Shown here piece after piece: positions 33,747 through 43,065 of a stretch of 64,000 nucleotides of DNA. Each line of letters begins with the position of its first letter. The first letter of the stretch is position 1. Both the position numbers and the translations under genes were made by a program. The notes beneath the pieces were generated by a model. It was not told the DNA's origin. It saw nothing but the letters and a program-made list of their open reading frames with translations, and made no database searches. This DNA comes from Candidatus Nitrotoga sp. CP45 (lineage in GTDB: Bacteria; Pseudomonadota; Gammaproteobacteria; Burkholderiales; Gallionellaceae): contig QFXJ01000053.1 in the NCBI GenBank assembly GCA_003402375.1, forward strand, positions 4,182 to 68,181. Reading direction: 5' to 3'.

Positions 33747-33828
33747 GTCGCACCTTGCATTTCGCACACCGTCCTAATTCGATTATCTAGTACCCGGCAA
33801 ATTAATATAGAACACACCATATACATCA

Positions 33829-33845
33829 AGCAAAATACATGCCAA
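33829..33845 (-). promoter_or_regulatory. Sigma54 -24/-12 promoter
   Basis: Minus strand TTGGCATGTATTTTGCT (GG-N10-GC, near consensus). Confidence 0.82.
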
Positions 33846-33939
33846 AACTGGCATGTATTTTAAAGCAATATAATAAACATGGCGCTACACTACCCACACG
33901 CTTGCAATTTCTTACTCTCTTGAATGTTTTAACTAGGAA

Positions 33940-33956
33940 TGTAAAAATTCTCGACA
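33940..33956 (-). promoter_or_regulatory. Candidate PrsR enhancer (TGT-N11-ACA)
   Basis: Minus strand TGTCGAGAATTTTTACA, about 95 bp upstream of the sigma54 site; 13/17 identical to the box at 49088. Confidence 0.72.
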
Positions 33957-34032
33957 TCCTAACCAAGCACTCACGACTCTAAATGAAATAAAGTGAGCGA
34001 TCAATCTTCAACTTCCAGGATAAGAAGTCGAT

Positions 34033-34321
34033 CCACCCGTCCTGTAATTGTCGAAGGATAAACAAAAAAATTCCGTCCAATTGCCGCTCACCATGGCTTC
34101 TTATAACTTGAATCCGCCCTTCTTTTTTCTTGCGGTTCTAACCCTTAATTTGCATCTCAACCGACAAGGCATCTTCCCGCATGACACACTCTCCTGCAAC
34201 CGAGTAAGCCTCGCTGCTGTATAACCCTCTCACTCCCCAGCCTGGCTAGCCGATGCGCCTCTCGAAAGATTGCCCGATATAATAACTACCGTTAGCCTAA
34301 CAAAAGTAGAATATACATCCA
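34033..34321 (-). pseudogene. Decayed GIY-YIG nuclease with downstream degenerate REP
   Basis: Across frameshifts and stops: WMYIL..ANGSYYIG..ERRIG*..AGE*EGYT..ECVMREDALSVEMQIKG*NRKKKE; REP remnant tccttcgacaattacaggacgggtgg at 34033-34058. Confidence 0.82.
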
Positions 34322-34403
34322 CTACAAATCACATAAAACTATATTAATTAATAACATACCCATAACGAATGTATCTATAAATCTGAAATCTCTCACTTAT
34401 AGC

Positions 34404-34417
34404 TTGATATATATCAA
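34404..34417. promoter_or_regulatory. FNR box
   Basis: Perfect TTGAT-ATAT-ATCAA about 100 bp upstream of fnr. Confidence 0.8.
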
Positions 34418-34513
34418 AATTAACATATACTTTTCACCTGCACTGCTCTCTTACCTATTATTGTTATTGAAACCCAAACACCGCATACTTAAATACCTTA
34501 AAAATACATAGCC

Positions 34514-35242
34514 ATGCACAAACCTGTCCCCAACAATTCACTGAAGGCTGCATGTTCGACTTGTAATCTGCGTAAACTATGTCTGCCCGTTAGCCTGAGT
34601 AATATCGAAATGGCACGCTTAGATGATTTAATTACCCGCAAAGGTGTTTACCGTCATGGCAGCATCTTATACCGGAGCGGAGACAAATTCCAAGCGCTGT
34701 ATGCGATTCGTACTGGTTTTTTCAAAACCCAAATCCTGAATGAAGACGGGCGAGAACAAGTCACCGGCTTTCAGATGGCTGGGGAAATCATCGGCATGGA
34801 TGGAATTAGCAGTGATGCACACACTTGCGATGCCGTAGCACTTGAAGATAGTGAGGTATGTGAAATCCCCTTCAGTCGCCTAGAGGATCTTGGCCGGGAA
34901 CTTCCCCCGCTACAGCGACACTTACACCGCATTCTTAGCCGAGAAATCGTACGCGATCAAAACATTATGCTGCTGCTTGGATCAATGCGCGCGGAGGAAC
35001 GCTTGGCTACCTTCCTGCTCAATCTGTCACAACGCTTTGCGGTGCGCGGTTATTCGCCCACTTCATTCCAATTACGCATGACGCGTCACGAAATCGGCAG
35101 CTATCTCGGATTAAAACTGGAAACTGTCAGCCGCGCACTGTCACACTTACAGGAAAGCAAACTGATTAATGTGCGCAATAGGTCATTGGAAATACTTTGC
35201 CTATCTGGGCTACAAGCCTGTATGGGAAAGCGTACACGCTGA
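34514..35242 (+). CDS. fnr: Fumarate/nitrate reduction regulator Fnr
   Basis: CSTCNLRKLCLP Cys cluster, ALEDSEVCEIPF, MTRHEIGSYLGLKLETVSR HTH. Confidence 0.93.
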   Translation: MHKPVPNNSLKAACSTCNLRKLCLPVSLSNIEMARLDDLITRKGVYRHGSILYRSGDKFQALYAIRTGFFKTQILNEDGREQVTGFQMAGEIIGMDGISSDAHTCDAVALEDSEVCEIPFSRLEDLGRELPPLQRHLHRILSREIVRDQNIMLLLGSMRAEERLATFLLNLSQRFAVRGYSPTSFQLRMTRHEIGSYLGLKLETVSRALSHLQESKLINVRNRSLEILCLSGLQACMGKRTR

Positions 35243-35546
35243 CATATCAGGCAGCTACTTATAAGACGTGCTCTGTATTGTTTCCCAATCTCAACACAAA
35301 CCATGCGACTTTCTTTCTAACCACCAACATCACTGTAATGAAAACCTGTTACAACTAACCGTTGTAAACCCATCGTCTCTTGCATCAACTTAGGCTTACA
35401 TAATTTTCACAACAAAGCTTACGACACAGCCGACGGAACGTTATAGTTCATCAAATTCAAATAGCTATTCGCGCATGCATATACACATATGCGCAATTTT
35501 ACAATTTTTCATCGGCACAATTGCTGATTGTTGTACGGAGAAATAA

Positions 35547-36137
35547 ATGCATAGACTGCTGTTACTGTTATTTATGACGCTACTAGTCAGTTGCGAGAAA
35601 TCCAAACCGCCCACTCCATTCCAAGCCATTGATATCAGTTGGCGATATGCAAGCGAACCCGTGAACTTCCATCTCACCGACCCCAACGGCAAAATACGCA
35701 AACTATCGGATTTCAAAGGCAAGGTGGTGGTATTGTTTTTTGGTTATACCCACTGTCCCGAGATTTGCCCAACTACGCTGGCTGATCTGGCACAGGTGAT
35801 GCGCTTGCTTGATAAGGATGCGGCAAAGGTACAGGTGCTATTCGTCACACTGGATCCTGAACGCGATACACCCAAACTATTGGCTGAATATGTTCCCTTT
35901 TTTCACCCATCTTTCATGGGCTTATACGGCGATGCCCAAACTACCGCACAGGTAGCCAAGACATTTGGCGTCAATTATGAAAAACGGATCGAAAAAGGCA
36001 GCTATACACTGGATCATTCCGATGGTACCTACCTAATTGGCGCAAACGGCAAGCCGGTATTGCTTTCCCCCTATAACCAGCGCGCTGAATTGTTAGTACA
36101 GGATATAAAATTGCTACTACAAACGGCACACGACTGA
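35547..36137 (+). CDS. SCO family copper chaperone (likely lipoprotein)
   Basis: Lipobox-like LVSC, FFGYTHCPEICPTTL, TLDPERDT, DHS. Confidence 0.92.
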   Translation: MHRLLLLLFMTLLVSCEKSKPPTPFQAIDISWRYASEPVNFHLTDPNGKIRKLSDFKGKVVVLFFGYTHCPEICPTTLADLAQVMRLLDKDAAKVQVLFVTLDPERDTPKLLAEYVPFFHPSFMGLYGDAQTTAQVAKTFGVNYEKRIEKGSYTLDHSDGTYLIGANGKPVLLSPYNQRAELLVQDIKLLLQTAHD

Positions 36138-36149
36138 TACACAAACAAC

Positions 36150-36632
36150 CTATCCACCATCGTCTGTACCTCGTAACACCTTAAAAATTACATCCGGCAT
36201 AAAGCCGCGCGATTGCATAAAGCGTAGCTGCTTGGCTTTTTCCTTAGCATCTTCCGGGACAATGCCATACTTTCTTTGCCAGATGCTGCGCGCCGCTTCC
36301 AATTCTGTATCTTTCATTTGCAGTAATGCATCGTTAATCAAATCTTCGCCTATACCCTTCTGACGCAGTTCATGTGTAATGCGTTGCATGCCGCAACGAT
36401 TGCGGCGCATGCGCACCAACTGCTCGGCTGCACGGGAATCGGATAGCCAACCGTGCGCCGCCAATTCATCCAAAACCCTATCCACATTGTCGTCTGGTGT
36501 AGCCTTGAGCAGAAGCTTCGCATGAAGTTCAGCACGGCTATGTTCACGCCGCACCAGATATTTCATGGCGCGGGTGTGCAGACTTAACTCAAGCTTCTTT
36601 GACACCGCTTTCCATTCCATCATTAAGTGCAA
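36150..36632 (-). CDS. recX: Recombination regulator RecX (start uncertain; GTG at 36605 possible)
   Basis: [33 protein letters not shown]; follows recA. Confidence 0.9.
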   Translation of the reverse strand: MHLMMEWKAVSKKLELSLHTRAMKYLVRREHSRAELHAKLLLKATPDDNVDRVLDELAAHGWLSDSRAAEQLVRMRRNRCGMQRITHELRQKGIGEDLINDALLQMKDTELEAARSIWQRKYGIVPEDAKEKAKQLRFMQSRGFMPDVIFKVLRGTDDGG

Positions 36633-37620
36633 CTACACCAGCCGCAGCACGGATTTTGTTCTCAATTTCAATGGCCATTTCAGGATGCTCTTTAAGATAT
36701 TCGCGCGCATTATCTTTTCCTTGGCCAATTTTCTCGCCTTTGTAGCTGTACCAAGCACCCGCTTTCTCAACCAGCTTGTGCAATACACCCAACTCGACGA
36801 TTTCACCTTCACGAGAAATACCTTCACCATATAAAATATCGAATTCCGCCTGTTTGAATGGCGGCGCCACCTTGTTCTTGACCACTTTCACGCGGGTTTC
36901 TGAACCGATCACCTCATCGCCCTTCTTGATCGCACCGACACGACGGATGTCCAGCCGAACTGAAGCATAGAATTTTAAAGCATTGCCGCCGGTCGTGGTT
37001 TCCGGGCTACCAAACATCACACCGATTTTCATACGTATCTGATTAATAAAAATCACCGTAGTATTGGAGCGCTTGATGTTAGCGGTCAGCTTACGCAATG
37101 CCTGCGACATCAAGCGTGCCTGCAAGCCCATTTGCGGCTCGCCCATCTCACCTTCAATTTCTGCCTTAGGGGTCAGCGCTGCCACAGAGTCAACCACCAC
37201 CACATCCACAGCAGCTGAACGCACCAACATATCAGCAATCTCCAACGCTTGCTCACCGTTATCCGGTTGCGAAATGAGCAGCTCACTGACATTCACACCC
37301 AGCTTTTGCGCGTATTGCGGATCGAGCGCATGTTCTGCATCAATAAATGCAGCCGTTCCGCCTAATTTTTGCATTTCGGCGATCACTTGCAATGTGAGCG
37401 TGGTTTTGCCGGATGATTCCGGCCCGTAAATTTCAATTACACGACCACGCGGCAGGCCACCCACACCCAGCGCGATATCCAAACCTAATGATCCCGTCGA
37501 AACCACTTGAATATCGCGCGCAATATCATGCTCGCCCAAACGCATAATAGAACCCTTGCCGAACTGTTTTTCAATCTGACTCAGAGCCGCCGCGAGTGCC
37601 TTGCTTTTATTATCATCCAT
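36589..37620 (-). CDS. recA: Recombinase RecA
   Basis: [40 protein letters not shown]. Confidence 0.99.
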   Translation of the reverse strand: MDDNKSKALAAALSQIEKQFGKGSIMRLGEHDIARDIQVVSTGSLGLDIALGVGGLPRGRVIEIYGPESSGKTTLTLQVIAEMQKLGGTAAFIDAEHALDPQYAQKLGVNVSELLISQPDNGEQALEIADMLVRSAAVDVVVVDSVAALTPKAEIEGEMGEPQMGLQARLMSQALRKLTANIKRSNTTVIFINQIRMKIGVMFGSPETTTGGNALKFYASVRLDIRRVGAIKKGDEVIGSETRVKVVKNKVAPPFKQAEFDILYGEGISREGEIVELGVLHKLVEKAGAWYSYKGEKIGQGKDNAREYLKEHPEMAIEIENKIRAAAGVVALNDGMESGVKEA

Positions 37621-37750
37621 GCAACTTTTTCCCTTCAAAAATGATACACAATTATGGCATAAGCCATCCGAGGCTAAACTAGAAAGACTCTGGTTAGATC
37701 AATTTAAAATTTCCTGATTTAAAAAAAGGATGACCATAACCGGCACGGTC

Positions 37751-38260
37751 TTAAGCTACTTCCCTTACCTGATTCAGCAGTTCCAACACTCCTTGCAAAG
37801 CTAGGCCTACCGACTGCATGCGAATTTCTGCGCGGTTACCAGAAAGATGATGCAGCGATACAATACTCTGCCCCCCCTTAATACCCCAAGCGAACCACAC
37901 TGTGCCAACAGGCTTGTCCGGCATACCACCTCCTGGCCCGGCAATACCGCTGACCGCCAATGCCACCTGCGCATGGCTATGGTGCAACACGCCCACCACC
38001 ATTTCACGCACGACGGCCTCGCTTACTGCACCGTAACGCATCAATGTGTCTTGGGCGACGCCCAACACCTCGCGTTTAGCCTCATTTGAATAAGTAATAA
38101 AGCCGCGCTCGAACCATTCGGAACTGCCCGCAATATCAGTAATAGCACTGGCCACCGCACCACCTGTGCATGATTCGGCTGTGGCCAACATGAAGCCATG
38201 CGACTTTAGCGCACTGCCAATTTGTATTGCCACATTTTCAGTGTCACAGCTCACAAGCAT
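37751..38260 (-). CDS. CinA/PncC nicotinamide-nucleotide amidohydrolase
   Basis: ATAESCTGG, GFITYSNEAK, SGIAGPGGG..KPVGTV. Confidence 0.92.
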   Translation of the reverse strand: MLVSCDTENVAIQIGSALKSHGFMLATAESCTGGAVASAITDIAGSSEWFERGFITYSNEAKREVLGVAQDTLMRYGAVSEAVVREMVVGVLHHSHAQVALAVSGIAGPGGGMPDKPVGTVWFAWGIKGGQSIVSLHHLSGNRAEIRMQSVGLALQGVLELLNQVREVA

Positions 38261-38349
38261 AATTTCATTGGCTCCTCATGTTCACGCTTGGACTGATCGC
38301 ACGACAAGCTGACCATCGGTCAGATAAAGAAACCCAGAGATAGTAGATT

Positions 38350-39543
38350 TTATATGTACAGCCCGCGTGCCAGATCGGTCTGGATATCACCCACAGCTTC
38401 CAAGCCGACCGCAATGCGCAGTAAACCCTCGGTAATACCCGCTGCATCTCTGGCCTCCTGAGTTATGCGGGCATGCGTGGTGGTGGCTGGGTGAGTTAAC
38501 GTGGTCTTGGTATCGCCCAAGTTAGCCGTAATTGAAACCATGCGCGTACTATCAATAAGACGCCAAGCCTTTTCTCTGCCACCTTTTATTTCGAACGATA
38601 CGATACCGCCACCAGCCTTCTGCTGCTTCATCGCCAATTCATGTTGTGGATGCGACGGCAGACCCGGGTAGTACACGCGTGCCACATTATCCTGCGCCTC
38701 CAACCATTGCGCCACGGACAGCGCATTAGCGCTATGCGCATCCATACGAATTTTCAACGTCTCCATTCCTTTCAGGAATACCCAAGCGTTGAATGCGCTC
38801 ATAGTCGGCCCCGCCGTACGCAGAAATTGATATATGGGCTCTAACACTTTCTTGCTACCCAACACCGCACCGCCTAATACACGTCCTTGTCCATCAAGAT
38901 ATTTAGTGGCGGAATGAATCACAATGTCCGCGCCTAAGTCTAGCGGGCGCTGCAACGCGGGGGTGCAAAAACAATTGTCTACTGCCAACAACACACCTCG
39001 CTGCTTCGCCACTGCCGCAATGCCTGCAATATCGGATATTTCGGTAAGGGGATTGGACGGCGTCTCCAGAAAAAATAGCCGTGTGTTGGGTCGTACCGCA
39101 ACTTCCCACTCATTCACATCGGTGGCAGAAACAAAGGTCGTGTCCACACCAAAACGTTTGAAGATGGTGCCGAATAAATTTACCGTCGAACCGAATATAC
39201 TGCGCGAAGCAACGATGTGATCTCCATTTTTCAGCAAACCCATACAGCACGCCAAAATCGCCGACATACCTGACGCCGTCGCCACACACTGCTCCGCGCC
39301 TTCCAGCGCGGCCAAGCGCTCCTCGAACATAGTAACGGTAGGGTTGGTAAAACGCGAATAGATGTTACCCGGCTCTGCGCCGATAAAGCGTGCAGCGGCT
39401 TGGGCCGCGCTATCGAACACGTAACTGGAAGTAAGAAACAGTGCCTCACTATGTTCATTAAATTGGCTGCGCTTTATGCCCGCGTGTACTGCAAGTGTTT
39501 CAAGTTGATATGAATGTTCTGTTTGGCTGGAATGTTCTGACAT
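38350..39543 (-). CDS. metZ: O-succinylhomoserine sulfhydrylase
   Basis: YSRFTNPT, ASGMSAI, HSATKYLDGQGR, NLGDTKTT.THPATTTH. Confidence 0.94.
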   Translation of the reverse strand: MSEHSSQTEHSYQLETLAVHAGIKRSQFNEHSEALFLTSSYVFDSAAQAAARFIGAEPGNIYSRFTNPTVTMFEERLAALEGAEQCVATASGMSAILACCMGLLKNGDHIVASRSIFGSTVNLFGTIFKRFGVDTTFVSATDVNEWEVAVRPNTRLFFLETPSNPLTEISDIAGIAAVAKQRGVLLAVDNCFCTPALQRPLDLGADIVIHSATKYLDGQGRVLGGAVLGSKKVLEPIYQFLRTAGPTMSAFNAWVFLKGMETLKIRMDAHSANALSVAQWLEAQDNVARVYYPGLPSHPQHELAMKQQKAGGGIVSFEIKGGREKAWRLIDSTRMVSITANLGDTKTTLTHPATTTHARITQEARDAAGITEGLLRIAVGLEAVGDIQTDLARGLYI

Positions 39544-39564
39544 AACGTGCCCCTCATGCTGAAT

Positions 39565-39596
39565 AAAAAACCCGGTTAGCTTACAGCTAAACCGGG
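39565..39596 (-). terminator. Intrinsic terminator in the metZ leader (riboswitch expression platform)
   Basis: CCCGGUUUAGC-UGUAA-GCUAACCGGG followed by U6. Confidence 0.8.
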
Positions 39597-39601
39597 CTTC
39601 A

Positions 39602-39656
39602 CCCGCTTTAGCTGTATTTATAAAGCGCCCGCAAGCTGTTCCTCAAATCGGCGCTT
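39602..39656 (-). ncRNA. SAM-II riboswitch aptamer
   Basis: Minus strand GCGCCGAUUUG..UUGCGGGCGC..AUAAAUACAGCUAAA matches the remembered SAM-II pattern GCGCUGAUUU..UUGC..GCGC..AUAAAUGUAGCUAAA; upstream of metZ. Confidence 0.85.
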
Positions 39657-39962
39657 ATATGAAACTAACACTTGCCGCGCCGCGTTGTCAACTCCAATTG
39701 CCATGATACTAGAGGGCACCGCTAAAGGCATCCAGGCTGTGTAATATGAAGTAATCAGCCTCAAGCATTAGTCTCACAAAGTGCTGGAATGCAGAACATT
39801 ATTTCAGGTATTCTTTAAGCAGGAGGTGCGCTACACTAAAATAGTCGATGTAACACTTTATTATCGCTGTTGCATTTCGAATTTAAATCCGCGCTACCTC
39901 TTATAAGGGTATAAATCCTTGCGGCGTTCAAAATGCAGGAATTAATCAACGGAGAAAATGCC

Positions 39963-40688
39963 ATGGCAGGCCATAGTAAATGGGCAAACATTCAGCATCG
40001 CAAAGGTCGCCAGGATGAAAGGCGCGGCAAGATTTTTACACGCTTGATCAAGGAAATTACCGTAGCGGCCAGGTTGGGGGACAGCGATCCGGCAATTAAT
40101 CCGCGCCTGCGATTAGCGATGGAAAAAGCCTATGACCAGAATATGCCGAAAGATAACGTGGAGCGCGCCATTAAACGCGGCAGCGGCGAATTGGACGGTG
40201 TCGATTACATTGAGCTTCGCTACGAAGGCTACGGGATCAATGGCGCGGCGGTAATGGTAGATTGCATGACCGATAATAAGACACGCACCGTGGCCGATGT
40301 GCGCCATGCTTTTACAAAGTACGGCGGCAATCTCGGCACAGATGGTTCTGTGTCATTTTTATTTAAACATTGCGGGCAAATGATTTTTGCACCTGGCACC
40401 GATGAAAACGCGCTAATGGAAGTAGTGCTGGACGCAGGAGCAGAGGACGTAATGAGCAACGATGACGGTAGTATCGAAGTTATCACTGCACCCAATGATT
40501 TTATCGAGGTTAAACAGCGCTTGGAAGCCGCTGGCTTTAAGCCGGAAATGGCAGAAATAATTATGAAGCCTATTGTTGAAGTCCTATTTACGGGTGACGA
40601 TGCAGTACGCATGCAAAAGCTATTGGACGCACTGGAAAACCTTGATGATGTACAAGAAGTTTATACCACGGCCGTGATTCCGGAATGA
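39963..40688 (+). CDS. yebC: YebC/PmpR family protein (canonical)
   Basis: [37 protein letters not shown]; precedes ruvC. Confidence 0.96.
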   Translation: MAGHSKWANIQHRKGRQDERRGKIFTRLIKEITVAARLGDSDPAINPRLRLAMEKAYDQNMPKDNVERAIKRGSGELDGVDYIELRYEGYGINGAAVMVDCMTDNKTRTVADVRHAFTKYGGNLGTDGSVSFLFKHCGQMIFAPGTDENALMEVVLDAGAEDVMSNDDGSIEVITAPNDFIEVKQRLEAAGFKPEMAEIIMKPIVEVLFTGDDAVRMQKLLDALENLDDVQEVYTTAVIPE

Positions 40689-40740
40689 ATGAAGAGAGAA
40701 TAAAAGGGATAAGGGAAAAGGGTAAATCCTCTTTGCCTCG

Positions 40741-41277
40741 ATGAGCCCCTCTTCTACTGCACGCATTTTAGGGATAGACCCCGGTCTGCGCATCACTGGG
40801 TTTGGCGTGCTGGACAAAGTGGGACAGAAACTCATATATGTCGCTAGTGGTTGTATCAAAACGCCAGTAGGCGAGCTGCCGGAGCGGCTTAAAGTCATTC
40901 TCAATTCATTGCGCGAGGTGATTGAAATGCATCAACCGCAGCTGGTGGCGGTAGAAAAAGTATTCGTTAACGTCAATCCGCAATCCACCTTGCTGCTGGG
41001 ACAGGCGCGCGGTGCGGCGATTTGCGCTGCGGTGCTGGCGAGCCTGCCGGTTGCGGAATACACTGCGTTGCAGGTGAAGCAAGCGGTGGTAGGCAACGGC
41101 CATGCGAAAAAGGAGCAGGTGCAAGATATGGTACAGCGATTGCTGGAATTGTCCGGCTCTCCCAGCTCGGATGCAGCGGATGCGCTGGCGTGTGCGATTT
41201 GTCATGCGCATGCTGGTATGGGATTAGGCCAGCTGGCGACCAAGGGCTTGCGCATGCGCAATGGCAGATTAAGTTAA
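40741..41277 (+). CDS. ruvC: Holliday junction resolvase RuvC
   Basis: [33 protein letters not shown]. Confidence 0.97.
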   Translation: MSPSSTARILGIDPGLRITGFGVLDKVGQKLIYVASGCIKTPVGELPERLKVILNSLREVIEMHQPQLVAVEKVFVNVNPQSTLLLGQARGAAICAAVLASLPVAEYTALQVKQAVVGNGHAKKEQVQDMVQRLLELSGSPSSDAADALACAICHAHAGMGLGQLATKGLRMRNGRLS

Positions 41278-41383
41278 ACAACATAACAATTTCTCCAGCC
41301 ACGGATTAAACGTAATTGTAATTTTTCTAATGCAATAATTATCGCGCCTGCACGATTAGCCGAGAAAGATTAACAAGGAAGAC

Positions 41384-41962
41384 ATGATTGGGCGTTTAAC
41401 AGGCAACTTGTTGGAAAAAAATCCACCACAAATTTTGTTGGATGTTCAAGGCGTGGGATATGAGGTGAATGTGCCAATGAGCACCTTCTATAACCTGCCT
41501 GTACTGCATGAACGTGTGGTGTTATATACCCAACTTATTGTTCGTGAGGATGCACACCTGCTCTACGGTTTTGCTTCTGAGGACGAGCGCGTGGCGTTTC
41601 GTCATTTGTTGAAAATTAGTGGCGTGGGGCCAAAATTGGCGCTGTCGGTGCTGTCTGGCTTGAGCTTGAACGATCTTGCCATTGCCGTGGCAAGTAAGGA
41701 AGTAGGGCTATTGACCAGAATTCCAGGAGTAGGCAAAAAGACCGCCGAGCGGCTATTGCTGGAACTGCAAGATAAATTCATCGTATCCGTGCCGGGTGGC
41801 GCAAGCGGTGTTGTGACACCACATGGCAACGATATCACCAACGCACTGTTGGCGTTAGGCTACAGCGGGAAAGAAGCGGATTGGGCAGCCAAACAATTAC
41901 CCGCCGATGCAAATGTATCAGACGGCATCCGCCAAGCACTTAAGCTATTATCCAAAGCATGA
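41384..41962 (+). CDS. ruvA: Holliday junction branch migration protein RuvA
   Basis: [37 protein letters not shown]. Confidence 0.97.
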   Translation: MIGRLTGNLLEKNPPQILLDVQGVGYEVNVPMSTFYNLPVLHERVVLYTQLIVREDAHLLYGFASEDERVAFRHLLKISGVGPKLALSVLSGLSLNDLAIAVASKEVGLLTRIPGVGKKTAERLLLELQDKFIVSVPGGASGVVTPHGNDITNALLALGYSGKEADWAAKQLPADANVSDGIRQALKLLSKA

Positions 41963-43020
41963 TCCAAAACGATAATCTGACCGCAGTTGATCGCATTATT
42001 TCTCCCGCTCCCGTATCTTTGCAGGAGGAAATACAGGAGCGTGCATTGCGCCCTAAACATCTGGACGAATATATTGGCCAGGAAAAAATACGCGGGCAGC
42101 TGGAAATTTTCATTGAAGCGGCCCGCAAACGTAAGGAGCCGCTTGACCATGTGTTACTGTTCGGCCCGCCAGGGCTAGGCAAGACGACGTTGGCACATAT
42201 CATCGCACGCGAGATGGGTGTCAACATGCGCCATACTTCCGGGCCGGTTTTGGAACGTGCTGGTGACCTTGCTGCCCTGTTAACCAATCTCGAACCAAAC
42301 GATGTGCTGTTTATCGATGAAATCCATCGTCTGTCGCCGGTGGTGGAAGAAATCCTGTATCCCGCGCTGGAGGATTATCAGATCGATATCATGATCGGCG
42401 AAGGTCCCGCCGCGCGCTCGGTAAAACTGGACTTGCCACCATTCACTCTGGTTGGAGCAACCACTCGCGCCGGTATGTTAACTAACCCCCTACGCGACCG
42501 TTTTGGTATCGTGGCGCGTCTGGAGTTTTACACCACCAATGAATTGCAGCGCATCGTGACGCGCTCTTCTGATTTACTGGAATTACCGATTTCGCCCGAC
42601 GGGGCGCTGGAAATTGCAAAGCGCTCACGCGGTACGCCGCGCATTGCAAATCGATTGCTGCGCCGCGTCCGTGATTTTGCCGAAGTAAGGGCGCAGGGCG
42701 AAGCCACGCGCCAAGTGGCAGATGCCGCGCTTACCATGCTCGACGTAGATATGCAGGGGTTGGACATGATGGATAGAAAACTATTGTTGACCGTGATCGA
42801 AAAGTTTACCGGTGGCCCGGTGGGCGTAGACAACCTTGCCGCTGCCATCGGAGAGGAGCGCGATACCATTGAAGATGTGCTGGAACCTTATTTAATCCAA
42901 CAAGGCTACTTACAACGCACATCACGCGGAAGAGTGGCGACCATTAATGCGTACAAACATTTTGGACTAGTGCAGCCGCATAATGTTAACAACAAAGATT
43001 TATGGGAAGAAAGCCAATAA
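41959..43020 (+). CDS. ruvB: Holliday junction helicase RuvB
   Basis: [45 protein letters not shown]. Confidence 0.98.
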   Translation: MIQNDNLTAVDRIISPAPVSLQEEIQERALRPKHLDEYIGQEKIRGQLEIFIEAARKRKEPLDHVLLFGPPGLGKTTLAHIIAREMGVNMRHTSGPVLERAGDLAALLTNLEPNDVLFIDEIHRLSPVVEEILYPALEDYQIDIMIGEGPAARSVKLDLPPFTLVGATTRAGMLTNPLRDRFGIVARLEFYTTNELQRIVTRSSDLLELPISPDGALEIAKRSRGTPRIANRLLRRVRDFAEVRAQGEATRQVADAALTMLDVDMQGLDMMDRKLLLTVIEKFTGGPVGVDNLAAAIGEERDTIEDVLEPYLIQQGYLQRTSRGRVATINAYKHFGLVQPHNVNNKDLWEESQ

Positions 43021-43065
43021 ACTAAACATTCGAGGAATTTAATATTTATACATTCCTTTATTTAA

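Noticed and set aside
34049-34064. TGT-N10-ACA (NifA-type) site
   Set aside because: The TGTCGAAGG part belongs to the degenerate REP copy.
34236-34285. c-di-GMP-I riboswitch-like string (GGGCAA..UUCG..GGCGCA..GCCAG) on the minus strand
   Set aside because: Lacks the second stem and is explained as coding sequence of the GIY-YIG pseudogene.
37621-37750. LexA box upstream of recA
   Set aside because: No CTGT-N8-ACAG found by eye; a non-canonical operator cannot be excluded.
39715-39730. Further MITE end (gggcaccgctaaa)
   Set aside because: Short, mismatched, with no partner end or internal similarity.
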